From positions 10,564,421 through 10,628,420 of the forward strand of contig NC_081397.1 in the NCBI RefSeq assembly GCF_030684315.1: a stretch of DNA of 64,000 nucleotides, given 5' to 3'. Position 1 is the first letter of the stretch. Each line of letters opens with the position of its first letter. The translations under genes were made by a program, and so were the position numbers. This document shows, in pieces, positions 23,399-36,009 of the stretch. The notes beneath the pieces were generated by a model that did no database searches, was not told the DNA's origin, and saw nothing but the letters and a program-made list of their open reading frames with translations. The DNA comes from Stegostoma tigrinum (lineage: Eukaryota).

Positions 23399-25560
23399 AT
23401 TCATCCAGATTGAATTCTCTAAGTCATTTTCCAGCCCATCGAGGTATTTGATCAAGATCCATTTGTAATCTTAGGACACGTTCTCCCCTTAATACTATGC
23501 TACACACTTTGTTATCATCCACAAACGTGTTTACCATGACTTCTCATTCAGATCATTTATATAATGACAAGCAAAAGAGGACTCAGTCCCAATCCCTGGG
23601 GAACACTTCTGGATGACAGGCCTACAGTCCAAAAAGCAACCCTCCATCTTCACTCTCTGTCTCTTGCCATTCAACCAATTATACCTTGCTTCCCTTTGCA
23701 ACAAGTGTGCCACCCTACACCATGCTGAACTCATATAATGTGTTGAATGTGGCTGGTTTCTGTGGTAGGGAATTTCAAAAGATCACCACTTTCTAAATAA
23801 AGAGACTCTCACCTACTCAGCCAGGAATGACTTATCCTTTCTCCTAAAAATATGACTACTAGCAACATGAATATTCTTTTTGCATTTACATTTTCTTGGT
23901 CTGACAGTGTCTTACAGATTTCTAAGAGAATCCCTCATTCTTCTGAATTTCAGCATATTCACAACCAATTCAACCTCTCCTTCATCCCAGTAAGCTGCCT
24001 GTTAAAATTATATTCATAGCAATCTCATCCTTACTCAGTAAGAAGGCCAAACCTGCTCTCAATATTCTAACTGCTGTCTCACAGATGTCATGATAAATTG
24101 TCACAATTCACTGTTTCCCCATGCTCAAATCCACGTTCCACAAAGGCCAACATACCTCTCGCCTTCCTCACTGTCTGCTGCACCTGCATACTTACTTTCA
24201 ATGATTTGTGTATGAGACACACAGGTCTTGTTGCAAATATCACTGTGTCACTTTATCGACATTCAGAAAATGACCTCCCTTCCTTTTATTTTGTTACCAA
24301 ATTGGATAACCAAACAGTTACCCACATTAAACAGTGTCAGATATTCATTTGCCCACTGTCTCGATTTCATCCCACACAATGCATCCTCTTTTAGAGCTGA
24401 CCATCCAACTAACTTTGTGTCATTTTAAAACCTGGAGATATTACATTTGTTTCCCTCATCCAAATCACTGTGAATGTATTGCAAAGAGTTTTCATCCTAA
24501 AACTGATTCTTGCCATTGAGAAAAAAAATCCATTCATTCCCCCTTCGAGTTTCCTATTATCCAGCTAATTAAAAATAAAATCATTCAGAATGCTTTGCAC
24601 CAATCACATTTCCTTGATGTTCACATGCTAATATCTTATGTTGGATTTTGTTAAAAAGTTTTTTCTTGTAAATTAAAATGAACTCATCTGCTTTATCATC
24701 CCTACTCCGGTAGATTTGTCAGGCTGGGAACATAGAACAGTACAGCAGACGAGCAGTTCTTTCAAATCCATGCTGACTTTGTCTGATCGTGATATTTTAT
24801 CCCAATTATCTGCATTTTTTCCCCCTGCAGGCTGACTGGTCTAAAATTACAAGTTTTACCTCTACACACCTCTTACAAATAGATTGTTTACATTAGCTAC
24901 CCTCCAATCTTTGGAAGTTATTGTAGCTCCTATGAAGATCTGGAACATCGCCATCAATACACCCACTATGAGCTCTGGGATATTAGTTATCCGTCCCTGG
25001 TTCCCAGCCTTCAGTCCTATCAATTTTCCCAACACAATTTACTGAACAATACTGACTTGATTCAGTTTCTCCATCTCATTCAACTCTCTTTTCCCCAACA
25101 TTCCTGACGTGTTATGTGTGTCATCCTATGTGAACATAGAACGACAGTGAGTATTCAGTTGGATTTTCATTGTAAGTGAGGTACATTTGTGTTTATCAAC
25201 GTAGGTTTATTTCCATTCTCCTTTTACATATTTATCAAGACATTAAAAGTTAGTTTTTAATGGCTTCTGCAATTATAACCTTTTCCTCATTTCCTCATTC
25301 ATAATCAATGCATTCGTTTATTCCTTCTTTCCTGATTTTAAATTGTTCCCCAGCTTCAGGTACTTTTAATTTTTTTCAAGTTCTTTTTCTCAATTTGTAC
25401 GCCTCTTCCTTGGGTCAAAAACGGTGTTAAATTGACCTCTTAAATGACTGTTTTGTAAACTGTAAAAAGAGCACCTTCCATACTGACGAATACATCCATT
25501 TAAACGGTTTTGGGCAGCTGATGAGGAGGAACACGTTCTTGATATAGAGCAAGTTCTCCT
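23399..25560 (-). mobile_element. old degenerate CR1 fragments
   Basis: WLNGKRQRVKMEGCFLDCRPV in ORF 23531..23734, followed by decayed RT-like sequence. Confidence 0.7.
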
Positions 25561-25667
25561 CCAAGCCACGCACCACACTAACTTAGAAATATATCCGTCG
25601 CTTCACTGTCGCTGGATCAAGACCCTGGAACTTCCTACTAAGGCCAATGTGAGAATACATAGGCTAT

Positions 25668-25750
25668 AAGATAACAAGTTGTAGAGGTGGATGAACGCAG
25701 CTGGCCAAGCAGCTGCTTCGGAGCAGGAAAGCTGACATTTCGGGCCTAGA
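25668..25750 (-). mobile_element. older PLE terminal repeat split by the young PLE (continues at 30114-30140)
   Basis: ...gctgacatttcgggcctaga | atttcgggcgtagacccttcttcag reconstitutes one hammerhead-bearing repeat. Confidence 0.8.
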
Positions 25751-27550
25751 GATAATGGGAACTGCAGATGCTGGAGATTCCAAGATAATAAAATGTGAGG
25801 CTGGATGAACACAGCAGGCCAAGCAGCATCTCAGGAGCACAAAAGCTGATGTTTCGGGCCTAGACCCTTCATCAGAGAGGGGGATGGGGGGAGGGAACTG
25901 GAATAAATAGGGAGAGAGGGGGAGGCGGACCGAAGATGGAGAGTGAAGAAGATAGGTGGAGAGGGTGTAGGTGGGGAGGTAGGGAGGGGATAGGTCAGTC
26001 CAGGGAAGACGGACAGGTCAAGGAGGTGGGATGAGGTTAGTAGGTAGCTGGGGGTGCGGCTTGGGGTGGGAGGAAGGGATGGGTGAGAGGAAGAACCGGT
26101 TAGGGAGGCAGAGACAGGTTGGACTGGTTTTGGGAAGCAGTGGGTGGGGGGGAAGAGCTGGGCTGGTTGTGTGGTGCAGTGGGGGGAGGGGATGAACTGG
26201 GCTGGTTTAGGGATGCAGTGGGGGAAGGGGAGATTTTGAAACTGGTGAAGTCCACATTGATACCATATGGCTGCAGGGTTCCCAGGCGGAATATGAGTTG
26301 CTGTTCCTGCAACCTTCGGGTGGCATCATTGTGGCAGTGCAGGAGGCCCATGATGGACATGTCATCAAGAGAATGGGAGGGGGAGTGGAAATGGTTTGCG
26401 ACTGGGAGGTGCAGTTGTTTGTTGCGAACTGAGCGGAGGTGTTCTGCAAAGCGGTCCCCAAGCCTCCGCTTGGTTTCCCCAATGTAGAGGAAGCCGCACC
26501 GGGTACAGTGGATGCAGTATATCACATTGGCAGATGTGCAGGTGAACCTCTGCTTAATGTGGAATGTCATCTTGGGGCCTGGGATGGGGGTGAGGGAGGA
26601 GGTGTGGGGACAAGTGTAGCATTTCCTGCGCTTGCAGGGGAAGGTGCCGGGTGTGGTGGGGTTGGAGGGCAGTGTGGAGCGAACAAGGGAGTCACGGAGA
26701 GAGTGGTCTCTCCGGAAAGCAGACAGGGGAGGAGATGGAAAAATGTCTTGGGTGGTGGGGTTGGATTGTAAATGGCGGAAGTGTCGGAGGATAATGCGTT
26801 GTATCCGGAGGTTGGTAGGGTGGTGTGTGAGAATGAGGGTGATCCTCTTGGGGCGGTTGTGGCGGGGGCGGGGTGTGAGGGATGTGTCGCGGGAGATGCG
26901 GGAGACGCGGTCAAGGGCGTTCTCAATCACCGTGGGGGGAAAGTTGCGGTCCTTAAAGAACTTGGACATCTGGGATGTGCGGGAGTGGAATGTCTTATCG
27001 TGGGAGCAGATGCGGCGGAGGCGGAGGAATTGGGAATAGGGGATGGAATTTTTGCAGGAGGGTGGGTGGGAGGAGGTGTATTCTAGGTAGCTGTGGGAGT
27101 CGGTGGGCTTGAAATGGACATCAGTTACAAGCTGGTTGCCTGAGATGGAGACTGAGAGGTCCAGGAAGGTGAGGGATGTGCTGGAGATGGCCCAGGTGAA
27201 CTGAAGGTTGGGGTGGAAGGTGTTGGTGAAGTGGATGAACTGTTAGAGCTCCTCTGCGGAGCAAGAGGCGGCGCCGATACAGTCATCAATGTACCGGAGG
27301 AAGAGGTGGGGTTTGGGGCCTGTGTAGGTGCGGAAGATGGACTGTTCCACGTAACCTACAAAGAGGCAGGCATAGCTGGGGCCCATGCGGGTGCCCATGG
27401 CCACCCCCTTGGTCTGTAGGAAGTGGGAGGAGTCAAAAGAGAAGTTGTTGAGTGTGAGGATGAGTTCCGCTAGGCGGATGAGAGTGTCGGTGGAGGGGGC
27501 CTGGTCGGGCCTGCGGGACAGGAAGAAGCGGAGGGCCTTGAGGCCATCTC

Positions 27551-29800
27551 ACCTTTGACCCCCTACAACCACACATTAACGAATACCAGTCACGGTCGGA
27601 CATAGAGCAGTTTTTCCGCCGTCTTCGCCTCCATGCCTACTTCTTCAACCGGGAACCCAACCCTCCTTCCACTGACCCCTTCACCCGCTTCCAACACAAG
27701 TCCTCCTCCTGGACACCACCCCCAGGCCTCCTACCCTCCCTCGACCTCTTCATCTCCAACTGCCGTCGAGACATCAACCGCCTCAACCTCTCCACCCCTC
27801 TCACCCACTCCAACCTCTCCCCCGCAGAACGGGCAGCCCTCCGCTCCCTCCGCTCCAACCCCAACCTCACCATCAAACCCGCAGACAAGGGTGGCGCAGT
27901 GGTAGTATGGCGCACTGACCTCTACATCGCCGAGGCCAGACGCCAACTCTCCGACACCACCTCCTACCGCCTCCTCGATCATGACCCCACACCCGAGCAC
28001 CAAACCATCATCTCCAACACCATTCATGACCTCATCACCTCAGGGGACCTCCCACCCACAGCCTCCAACCTCATTGTTCCCCAACCCCGCACGGCCCGTT
28101 TCTATCTCCTTCCCAAAATCCACAAACCTGCCTGCCCCGGTCGACCCATCGTCTCAGCCTGCTCCTGCCCCACCGAACTCATCTCCACCTATCTGGACTC
28201 CATTTTCTCCCCTTTGGTCCAGGAACTCCCCACCTATGTCCGTGACACCACCCACGCCCTCCACCTCCTCCAGGACTTCCAATTCCCTGGCCCCCAACAC
28301 CTCATATTCACCATGGACGTCCAGTCCCTGTACACCTGCATTCCGCATGGAGATGGCCTCAAGGCCCTCCGCTTCTTCCTGTCCCGCAGGCCCGACCAGG
28401 CCCCCTCCACCGACACTCTCATCCGCCTAGCGGAACTCGTCCTCACACTCAACAACTTCTCTTTTGACTCCTCCCACTTCCTACAGACCAAGGGGGTGGC
28501 CATGGGCACCCGCATGGGCCCCAGCTATGCCTGCCTCTTTGTAGGTTACGTGGAACAGTCCATCTTCCGCACCTACACAGGCCCCAAACCCCACCTCTTC
28601 CTCCGGTACATTGATGACTGTATCGGCGCCGCCTCTTGCTCCCCAGAGGAGCTCGAACAGTTCATCCACTTCACCAACACCTTCCACCCCAACCTTCAGT
28701 TCACCTGGGCCATCTCCAGCACATCCCTCACCTTCCTGGACCTCTCAGTCTCCATCTCAGGCAACCAGCTTGTAACTGATGTCCATTTCAAGCCCACCGA
28801 CTCCCACAGCTACCTAGAATACACCTCCTCCCACCCACCCTCCTGCAAAAATTCCATCCCCTATTCCCAATTCCTCCGCCTCCGCCGCATCTGCTCCCAC
28901 GATAAGACATTCCACTCCCGCACATCCCAGATGTCCAAGTTCTTTAAGGACCGCAACTTTCCCCCCACAGTGATTGAGAACGCCCTTGACCGCGTCTCCC
29001 GCATCTCCCGCGACACATCCCTCACACCCCGCCCCCGCAACAACCGCCCCAAGAGGATCCCCCTCGTTCTCACACACCACCCTACCAACCTCCGGATACA
29101 ACGCATTATCCTCCAACACTTCCGCCATTTACAATCCGACCCCACCACCCAAGACATTTTTCCATCCCCTCCCCTGTCTGCTTTCCGGAGAGACCACTCT
29201 CTCCGTGACTCCCTTGTTCGCTCCACACTGCCCTCCAACCCCACCACACCCGGCACCTTCCCCTGCAAGCGCAGGAAATGCTACACTTGTCCCCACACCT
29301 CCTCCCTCACCCCCATCCCAGGCCCCAAGATGACATTCCACATTAAGCAGAGGTTCACCTGCACATCTGCCAATGTGATATACTGCATCCACTGTACCCG
29401 GTGCGGCTTCCTCTACATTGGGGAAACCAAGCGGAGGCTTGGGGACCGCTTTGCAGAACACCTCCGCTCAGTTCGCAACAAACAACTGCACCTCCCAGTC
29501 GCAAACCATTTCCACTCCCCCTCCCATTCTCTTGATGACATGTCCATCATGGGCCTCCTGCACTGCCACAATGATGCCACCCGAAGGTTGCAGGAACAGC
29601 AACTCATATTCCGCCTGGGAACCCTGCAGCCATATGGTATCAATGTGGACTTCACCAGTTTCAAAATCTCCCCTTCCCCCACTGCATCCCTAAACCAGCC
29701 CAGTTCATCCCCTCCCCCCACTGCACCACACAACCAGCCCAGCTCTTCCCCCCCACCCACTGCATCCCAAAACCAGTCCAACCTGTCTCTGCCTCCCTAA
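27551..29800 (+). CDS. PLE ORF: RT plus GIY-YIG endonuclease (Neptune-like), 5'-truncated but uninterrupted
   Basis: Frame is open from 27551 (FFRRLRL, IKPADKGGAVVVW). Motifs LPKIHK, MDVQSLYT, GVAMG, RYIDD; Cys linker CKRRKCYTC; VIY...YIGETKRRLGDRFAEH. Confidence 0.93.
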   Translation, partial: TFDPLQPHINEYQSRSDIEQFFRRLRLHAYFFNREPNPPSTDPFTRFQHKSSSWTPPPGLLPSLDLFISNCRRDINRLNLSTPLTHSNLSPAERAALRSLRSNPNLTIKPADKGGAVVVWRTDLYIAEARRQLSDTTSYRLLDHDPTPEHQTIISNTIHDLITSGDLPPTASNLIVPQPRTARFYLLPKIHKPACPGRPIVSACSCPTELISTYLDSIFSPLVQELPTYVRDTTHALHLLQDFQFPGPQHLIFTMDVQSLYTCIPHGDGLKALRFFLSRRPDQAPSTDTLIRLAELVLTLNNFSFDSSHFLQTKGVAMGTRMGPSYACLFVGYVEQSIFRTYTGPKPHLFLRYIDDCIGAASCSPEELEQFIHFTNTFHPNLQFTWAISSTSLTFLDLSVSISGNQLVTDVHFKPTDSHSYLEYTSSHPPSCKNSIPYSQFLRLRRICSHDKTFHSRTSQMSKFFKDRNFPPTVIENALDRVSRISRDTSLTPRPRNNRPKRIPLVLTHHPTNLRIQRIILQHFRHLQSDPTTQDIFPSPPLSAFRRDHSLRDSLVRSTLPSNPTTPGTFPCKRRKCYTCPHTSSLTPIPGPKMTFHIKQRFTCTSANVIYCIHCTRCGFLYIGETKRRLGDRFAEHLRSVRNKQLHLPVANHFHSPSHSLDDMSIMGLLHCHNDATRRLQEQQLIFRLGTLQPYGINVDFTSFKISPSPTASLNQPSSSPPPTAPHNQPSSSPPPTASQNQSNLSLPP

Positions 29801-30024
29801 CCGGTTCTTCCTCTCACCCATCCCTTCCTCCCACCCCAAGCCGCACCCCCAGCTACCTACTAACCTCATCCCACCTCCTTGACCTGTCCGTCTTCCCTGG
29901 ACTGACCTATCCCCTCCCTACCTCCCCACCTACACCCTCTCCACCTATCTTCTTTACTCTCCATCTTCGGTCCGCCTCCCCCTCTCTCCCTATTTATTCC
30001 AGTTCCCTCCCCCCATCCCCCTCT

Positions 30025-30052
30025 CTGATGAAGGGTCTAGGCCCGAAACGTC
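30025..30052 (+). ncRNA. minimal type I hammerhead ribozyme motif in PLE terminal repeat
   Basis: CUGAUGA-A-GGGU(CUAG)GCCC-GAAAC-GUC; inverted copy at 25848-25875. Confidence 0.75.
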
Positions 30053-30303
30053 AGCTTTTGTGCTCCTGAGATGCTGCTTGGCCTGCTGTGTTCATCCAGC
30101 CTCACATTTTATTATTTCGGGCGTAGACCCTTCTTCAGAAAATGATTGTTTCTGGAAAATAGTGTGAAAAGCAGCGCATGCGCGATACTGGTTCATTCCC
30201 CACACGAAGATGCTGGAGGAGCGCATGCGTGAGGCTCTCCCCCAGCGCTACCATTGGGGGGCATTGACTCAGTGAGTGGAAGCGGTTTGTTTGAAACACC
30301 GCA

Positions 30304-30367
30304 ATGGAGAGACCAGCGCCCAGGGAAGCGAGGGAACAGCAGGCTCCTTCCAGCAGCGCATCGAGAT
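30304..30367 (+). pseudogene. candidate exon 1 of unidentified gene (copy A', probably inactivated)
   Basis: MERPAPREAREQQAPSSSASR|gtgagt. The matching exon 2 (35465-35544) has an in-frame TAA and a length shift. Confidence 0.4.
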
Positions 30368-30986
30368 GTGAGTCTGGGGCACGGAGGGGGCTCCGAGACC
30401 GGCATTGATTCGGGCTCAGTTCAGGGAGAACCGGGGGCTGTTGGTAAGAGGCGGAGCGGAGCAGGAACTGGTCCCGGAACTTGGAGTGAGCGGCCTGGGG
30501 GCGGGGAGAGAGAGGCCTTTCTCGGGCTGTGTGTGGGCCTGCTGAGGGAGACACAGCGGCAAGAAGCTGCTGCTGGGGGTCAGGCTTGTGATATTTAATT
30601 CTCCGAACGCTGATGGTAATTCCTCGTTTCGCTTCTGTTTCACGTTGTTTGTTGCGAATTGGCATTGAATCGTAAAGAAGTCACAGTCCATGCAAATGTG
30701 TTAATCATGTAAAGGATAAACACAGCACTCGTATTGCTTTTGTTTGAAATAGTGCCTGTTGTTCTTCCCTTAAAGAGGTAGTGTATTGGGAGCTCGGCAT
30801 TGAACTGTGTAAGCATTCAAATCATCGACGGTATAGGTGTTGGTTTCCTTTTGTATCTTAGTAAATTGTTTTAGAATTTCGCACAAAGAAAGAGACGAGA
30901 AGGAGCTCAGGTAAATTATGGAGCCAACTCTTCTCTGTTTGAATTGTTGGCTTCAAAACAAGGAAGTATGATGAGTATTAATTAAT

Positions 30987-33900
30987 GGACAATGGGTGCA
31001 GGAGTAGGCCATTCGGCCCTTCGAGCCAGCACTACCATTGATTATGATCATGGCTGATCATCCACAATCAGTATCCTGTTCCTGCCTTATCCCCATAACC
31101 CTTGATTCCACTATCTTTAAGAGCTCCGTCTATCTCTTTCTTGAAAGCATCCAGAGAGTTGGCCTCCACTGGCTTCTGGGGCAGAGCATTCCATATATCC
31201 ACCACTCTCTGGGTGAAGAAGTTTTTCCTCAATTCTGTTCTAAATGCCCTACCTCTTATTTTTAAACTGTGTCCTCTGGTTCTGGACTCCCCCATCAACG
31301 GAAACATGTTTCCTGCCTCCAGATTGTCCAATCCCTTAATAATCTTATACGTGTCAATCAGATCCCCTCTCATCCTCCTAAACTCAAGTGGAGACAAGCC
31401 CAGTCGCTCCAATCTTTCAACATACGATAGTCCTGCCATTCTGGGAATTGACCTTGTGAACCTACGCTGCACACCCTCAATAGCCAGAATGTCCTTACTC
31501 AAATTTGGAGACCGAAACTGCACACAATACTCCAGGTGCGGTCTCACCAGGGCCCTGTACAGCTGCAGAAGGACCTCGTTGCTGCTGTACTCAATTTCTC
31601 TTGTGATGAAGGCCAGCATGCTATTAGCTTTCTTCACTACCTGCTACACCTGCATGCTTGCTTTCATTGACTGATGTACAAGAACACCTCGATCTCGTTG
31701 TGCTTCCCTTTTACCTAACTTGACTCCGTTGAGATACTAATCTGCCTTTCTGTTCTTGCCACCAAAGTGGATAACCACACATTTATCCACATTAAACTGC
31801 ATCTGCCATGCATCCGTCCACTCACCTAGCCTGTCCAAGTCACCTGTATTCTAATAAGATCCTCCTCACATTTCACACTGCCACCCAACTTTGTGTCATC
31901 AGCAAATTTGCTAATATTACCTTTAATGCTTTTGTCTATATCATTAATATATTTCGTAAACCGCTGCGGTCCCAGCACCGAACCTTGTGGTACCCCACTG
32001 GTCACTGTCTGCCATTCTGAAAGGGACCCGTTTATCACTACTCTTTGCTTCCTGTCAGCCAGCCAATTTTCAATCCAACTCAGTATTTTGCCCCCAATAC
32101 CATGTGTCCTAATCTCGCTCACTAATCTCCTCTGCGGGACTTTATCAAAGGCTTTCTGAAAGTCCAGGTACACTACATCCGTGGGCTCTCCCTTATCCAT
32201 CTTCATAGATACATCCTCAAAAAATTCCAGAAGATTAGTCCAGCACAATTTCCCCTTCGTAAATCCACACTGACTCTGACCTATTCTCTTACTGCTATCC
32301 AAATGAGTCGTAATTTCATCTTTTATAATTGACTCCAGCATCTTTCCCACCACTGACGTCAAGCTAACCGGTCTGCAATTTCCTGTTTTCTCTCTCCCTC
32401 CTTTCTTGAAAAGTGGGAATACATTTGCCACCCTCCAATCCGCAGGAACTGATCCTGCATCTATAGAACCACCTTGGAAAATAATTACCAACGCGTCCAC
32501 AATTTCTATAGCCCACCTCCTTAAGTACCCTGGGATGCACACCATCAGGTCCCGGGGACTTGTGAGCCTTCAGACCTAACAGTCTATCCAACACCATTTC
32601 CTGCCTAATATAAATACTCTTCAGTTCGTCCATTACCCTCGGTCCTTCAGCCACTACTGCATCTGGGAGATTGCTTGCGTCTTCCCTAGTGAAGACAGAT
32701 CCAAAGTACCTATTCAACTCATTTGCCATTTCCTTGTTCCCCATAATAAATTCACCCGTTTCTGACTTCAAGGGCCCAATTTTAGTCGGAAGCATTTTTT
32801 TTCTTTTCACATACCTAAAAAAGCTTTTACTATCCTCCTTTATATTTTTGGCTAGTTTTCCTTCATAGCTCATTTTTTCCTCTGTGTATTGCCTTTTTAG
32901 TTATCCACTGTTGCTCTTTAAAAGCTTCCCAGTTCTCCAGCTTCCCACTCATCTTTGCTATGTTACACTTCTTCTCTTTTATTTTTATCGAGTCCTTAAC
33001 TTCCCTCGTCGGCCATGGCTGCCCCCGCCTCTCCTTTGTATCTTTCTTCCTCTTTGGTATGAACTGATCCTGCACCTTCTGCATTATATCCAGAAATACC
33101 TGCCATTGTTGTTCCACTGCCATCCCTGCTAGGGTATTGAACCACTGAACTTTGGCCAGCTCCTTCCTCATAGCTCCATAGTTCCCTTTATTCAACTGCA
33201 ATACTGACACTTCCGATTCTCCCTTCTCCCTCTCAAACTGCAGATTAAAACTTATCATTTTATGGTCACTACCTCCTAATGGCTCCTTTACTTGGAGGTC
33301 CCTGATCAAATCCGGTTCATTGCACAACACCAGATCCGGAATTGCCTCCTCCCTGGTAGGGTCCAGTACAAGCTGTTCTAAGAATCCATCTCGGAGGCAC
33401 TCTACAAACTCCCTTTCTTGGGGTCCAGTACCATCCTGATTCTCCCAGTCTACCCGCATGTTGAAATCTCCCATAACAACTGTAGTGATACCTTTGTGAC
33501 AGGCCAATTTCAACTCTTGATTCAACCTGCACCCTACCTCCTGACTACTGTTTGGGGGTCTGTAGATAACTCCCATTAGGATCTTTCTACCCTTAGAATT
33601 TCTCAGCTCTATCCACACTGACTCTACATCTCCTGACTCTATGTCCCCCCTTGCAAGGGACCGAATATCATTCCTCACCAACAGGGCTACCCTACCCCCT
33701 CTGCCCACCAGTCTGTCCTTTCGATAGCACGTATAGCCTTGAATATTCATTTCCCAGCCCCTGTCCACTTGAAGCCACGTCTCAGTTATCCCCACAATTT
33801 CATACTTGCCAACTTCCAACTGAGCCTCAAGCTCATCCGCCTTATTTCTTATGCTTCGTGTATTCATATATAATATTTTTAATTTGTTTCTCCCCTCACC

Positions 33901-35380
33901 CTTCCTATCAATCCCTATTTCACTTGGCCATACTGTACAATCCCTTCTTGAGTTTTCTGCTCTGTTGATTCTGTTGTCCTTCTTAACCTCTCTTATTCTC
34001 ACTTTGCCTTTAACTTCTTTCTTAAATTTCCAGCTTGGCCCCTCCCCCCCATGACTGAGTTTAAACACACCTGTGTCGCAGTGGCAAACCTGCCTGCCAG
34101 AAAGCTGGTCCCCCGATTATCAAGATGCAAACCATCCCTCCTGTACAATTTATTCTAACCCCAAAACATACCCCAGTGATCCAAGAATTTAAATCCTTGC
34201 TTCCAACACCAGTCCCACAGCCACATGTTCAGGTCCATTATCTCTCTGTTCCTGCCCTCTCCAGCCCGAAGAACTGGAAGCAAACCAGAGATAACTACCC
34301 TGGAAGTCCTGCTTTTCAGCCTTCTTCCGAGTTCTCTGAAGTCCCGCTGTAGAATGCTCCTCCTTTTCTTCCCGACGTCATTAGTGCCGACATGCACCAC
34401 CACCTCTGGTTCTTCACCTTCACCCTCGAGGATTCTCTGCCCTCTGTCAGTGACGTCCTGGATCCTGGCACCAGGAAGGTAACACAGCATCCTCAAATCT
34501 CGCCTGTTGCCACAGAAACCCTTGTCAGTCCCTCTCACAATGGAGTCCCCTATTACCGCAGCTCTCCATGATGTCTGACTTCTCAGCTCTGCCTCTACAG
34601 CAATTTCTGACTCGCAGACCTGCCCACCTCTCGGACTGGCAGTGTTGTCTGTCTCGGCAGTTTCCAAGACAGACAGCCTGATTACAATAGGTGCTTCCCC
34701 TGGGGTCTCTTGTACTTCATTCATGTCTTCTTTTGTCATCGACAGCCCCCTTCTCTCTTCAGGTATCCTCGGTGTAGTGACCTTGCTGAAGGTCCTGTCC
34801 TGAAAATTCTCATTGTCTCTGATGAGCCTGAGTTCTTTTGTCAGTGCTGCAAAAACTTCCTTCAGAAGCTGAATGTGTACACACTTACCATAGCTATAGG
34901 AGCCAGAAACATCATCAGTGACCCTGATCTCCCACATCATGCATGCAGCACTTTGAATCAGCTTGGCAATCATGCCTGCACAGTCTTCAACAGTGGTGTA
35001 ATCTCCTCACTGAGCCTCTTCACCGAAAACTCGCACTTTACTCACCAGGCACTTCCCTCAGCCCTTGTGTGTTTGCTGTGAGTCTGTGGACTCTTAATTA
35101 GGTTAGAGGAGGAGGGTGGGAGGCAGGCCCTACCATGTAGGACCTGCGGCTGAGAACACACCTACTTAAACAGCACTCCGCTGCAAAAAGGACCCGCTGG
35201 CTTCGAGGTCAGTACTTAAGGAGCACTCACTTATCTTCCCAACTGCCTCTCTGCCCTGACCTCACGTCCGCCCGGCTCGCGCCGCTCTCCGCTGCAAAAA
35301 GGACCCGCTGGCTTCGAGGTCAGTACTTAAGTAGCACTCACTTATCTTCCCAACTGCCTCTCTGCCCTGACCTCATGTCT
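30987..35380 (-). mobile_element. near full-length CR1 LINE (ORF1 esterase, ORF2 APE-RT), frameshifted
   Basis: ORF1 34155..34973 has SGNH motifs VIGDSIVRG, PGARIQD, VHVGTND. APE in 32863..34068 (ITETW, MGDFN, GSDH). RT in 31826..32545 (FADD). Absent from copy A. Confidence 0.95.
35176..35380 (-). repeat. ~111-bp tandem monomers in the CR1 5' UTR
   Basis: ctccgctgcaaaaaggacccgctggcttcgaggtcagtacttaag...ctgacctca occurs twice (~35177 and ~35287). Confidence 0.9.
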
Positions 35381-36009
35381 TGATCAGTTGCCTTGATCAG
35401 TTTTAATATTTTCAAAATCGTTGGATGTTAATTTACAGGAGAATTCTCTTCTTTCTTCCTCCAGGCAAATAATTGATGGGCGAAGACAATGTCATATTTC
35501 CTCAGTACAGCATCGTGTGACCAGCTGCTCCAACCAAACAGCAGGTATGTGAGCACTGTCAGAGTGGAGAATTTACTTTCCACAGTCATAGGGGTAAGAC
35601 TTGCATTGAGCTCAATTTCCAGACACATACATTCAATCCAAGAGTCAAACGCCACCAACAAAATACAAATGTTTCTTTTTGTCTATAAACCAGTGCAGTT
35701 CCAGTAAAGTTCATCTTTGAAAGCCCATTGTTATTCATAGCATTTGAAGAGGGATCAATTGAATCTTCATCACAAATATATGCTCACTAACTGCATTGAA
35801 TGCATGTTGAGGAAGGGCATTTTTAAAGTTACAGTCAAGGTATATAAATAGTTCAAGTTGTCCTTGTAACAATGTAACCATGTATGGAGTGGATACTCGG
35901 TACAGACATGGAAGGAAACATTAGATGTTATCAGTGGCTGAGGAAGACAATTAATAAGCAGAAGATTCTGGAAAAGCTCAGCAGATCTGGCAGCATCTGT
36001 GATGAGAAA

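Larger units (their letters stand above)
25751..30113. mobile_element. young Penelope-like retroelement insertion with inverted 3' copies
   Basis: Minus copy 25751-27550 mirrors the plus copy 28350-30113. Flanked by a 14-bp TSD atttcgggc(c/g)taga. Confidence 0.93.

Noticed and set aside
29677-29790. ~39-bp repeats and other short tandem arrays as CRISPR-like
   Set aside because: No unique spacers, eukaryotic context; they encode the Pro-rich PLE C-terminus.
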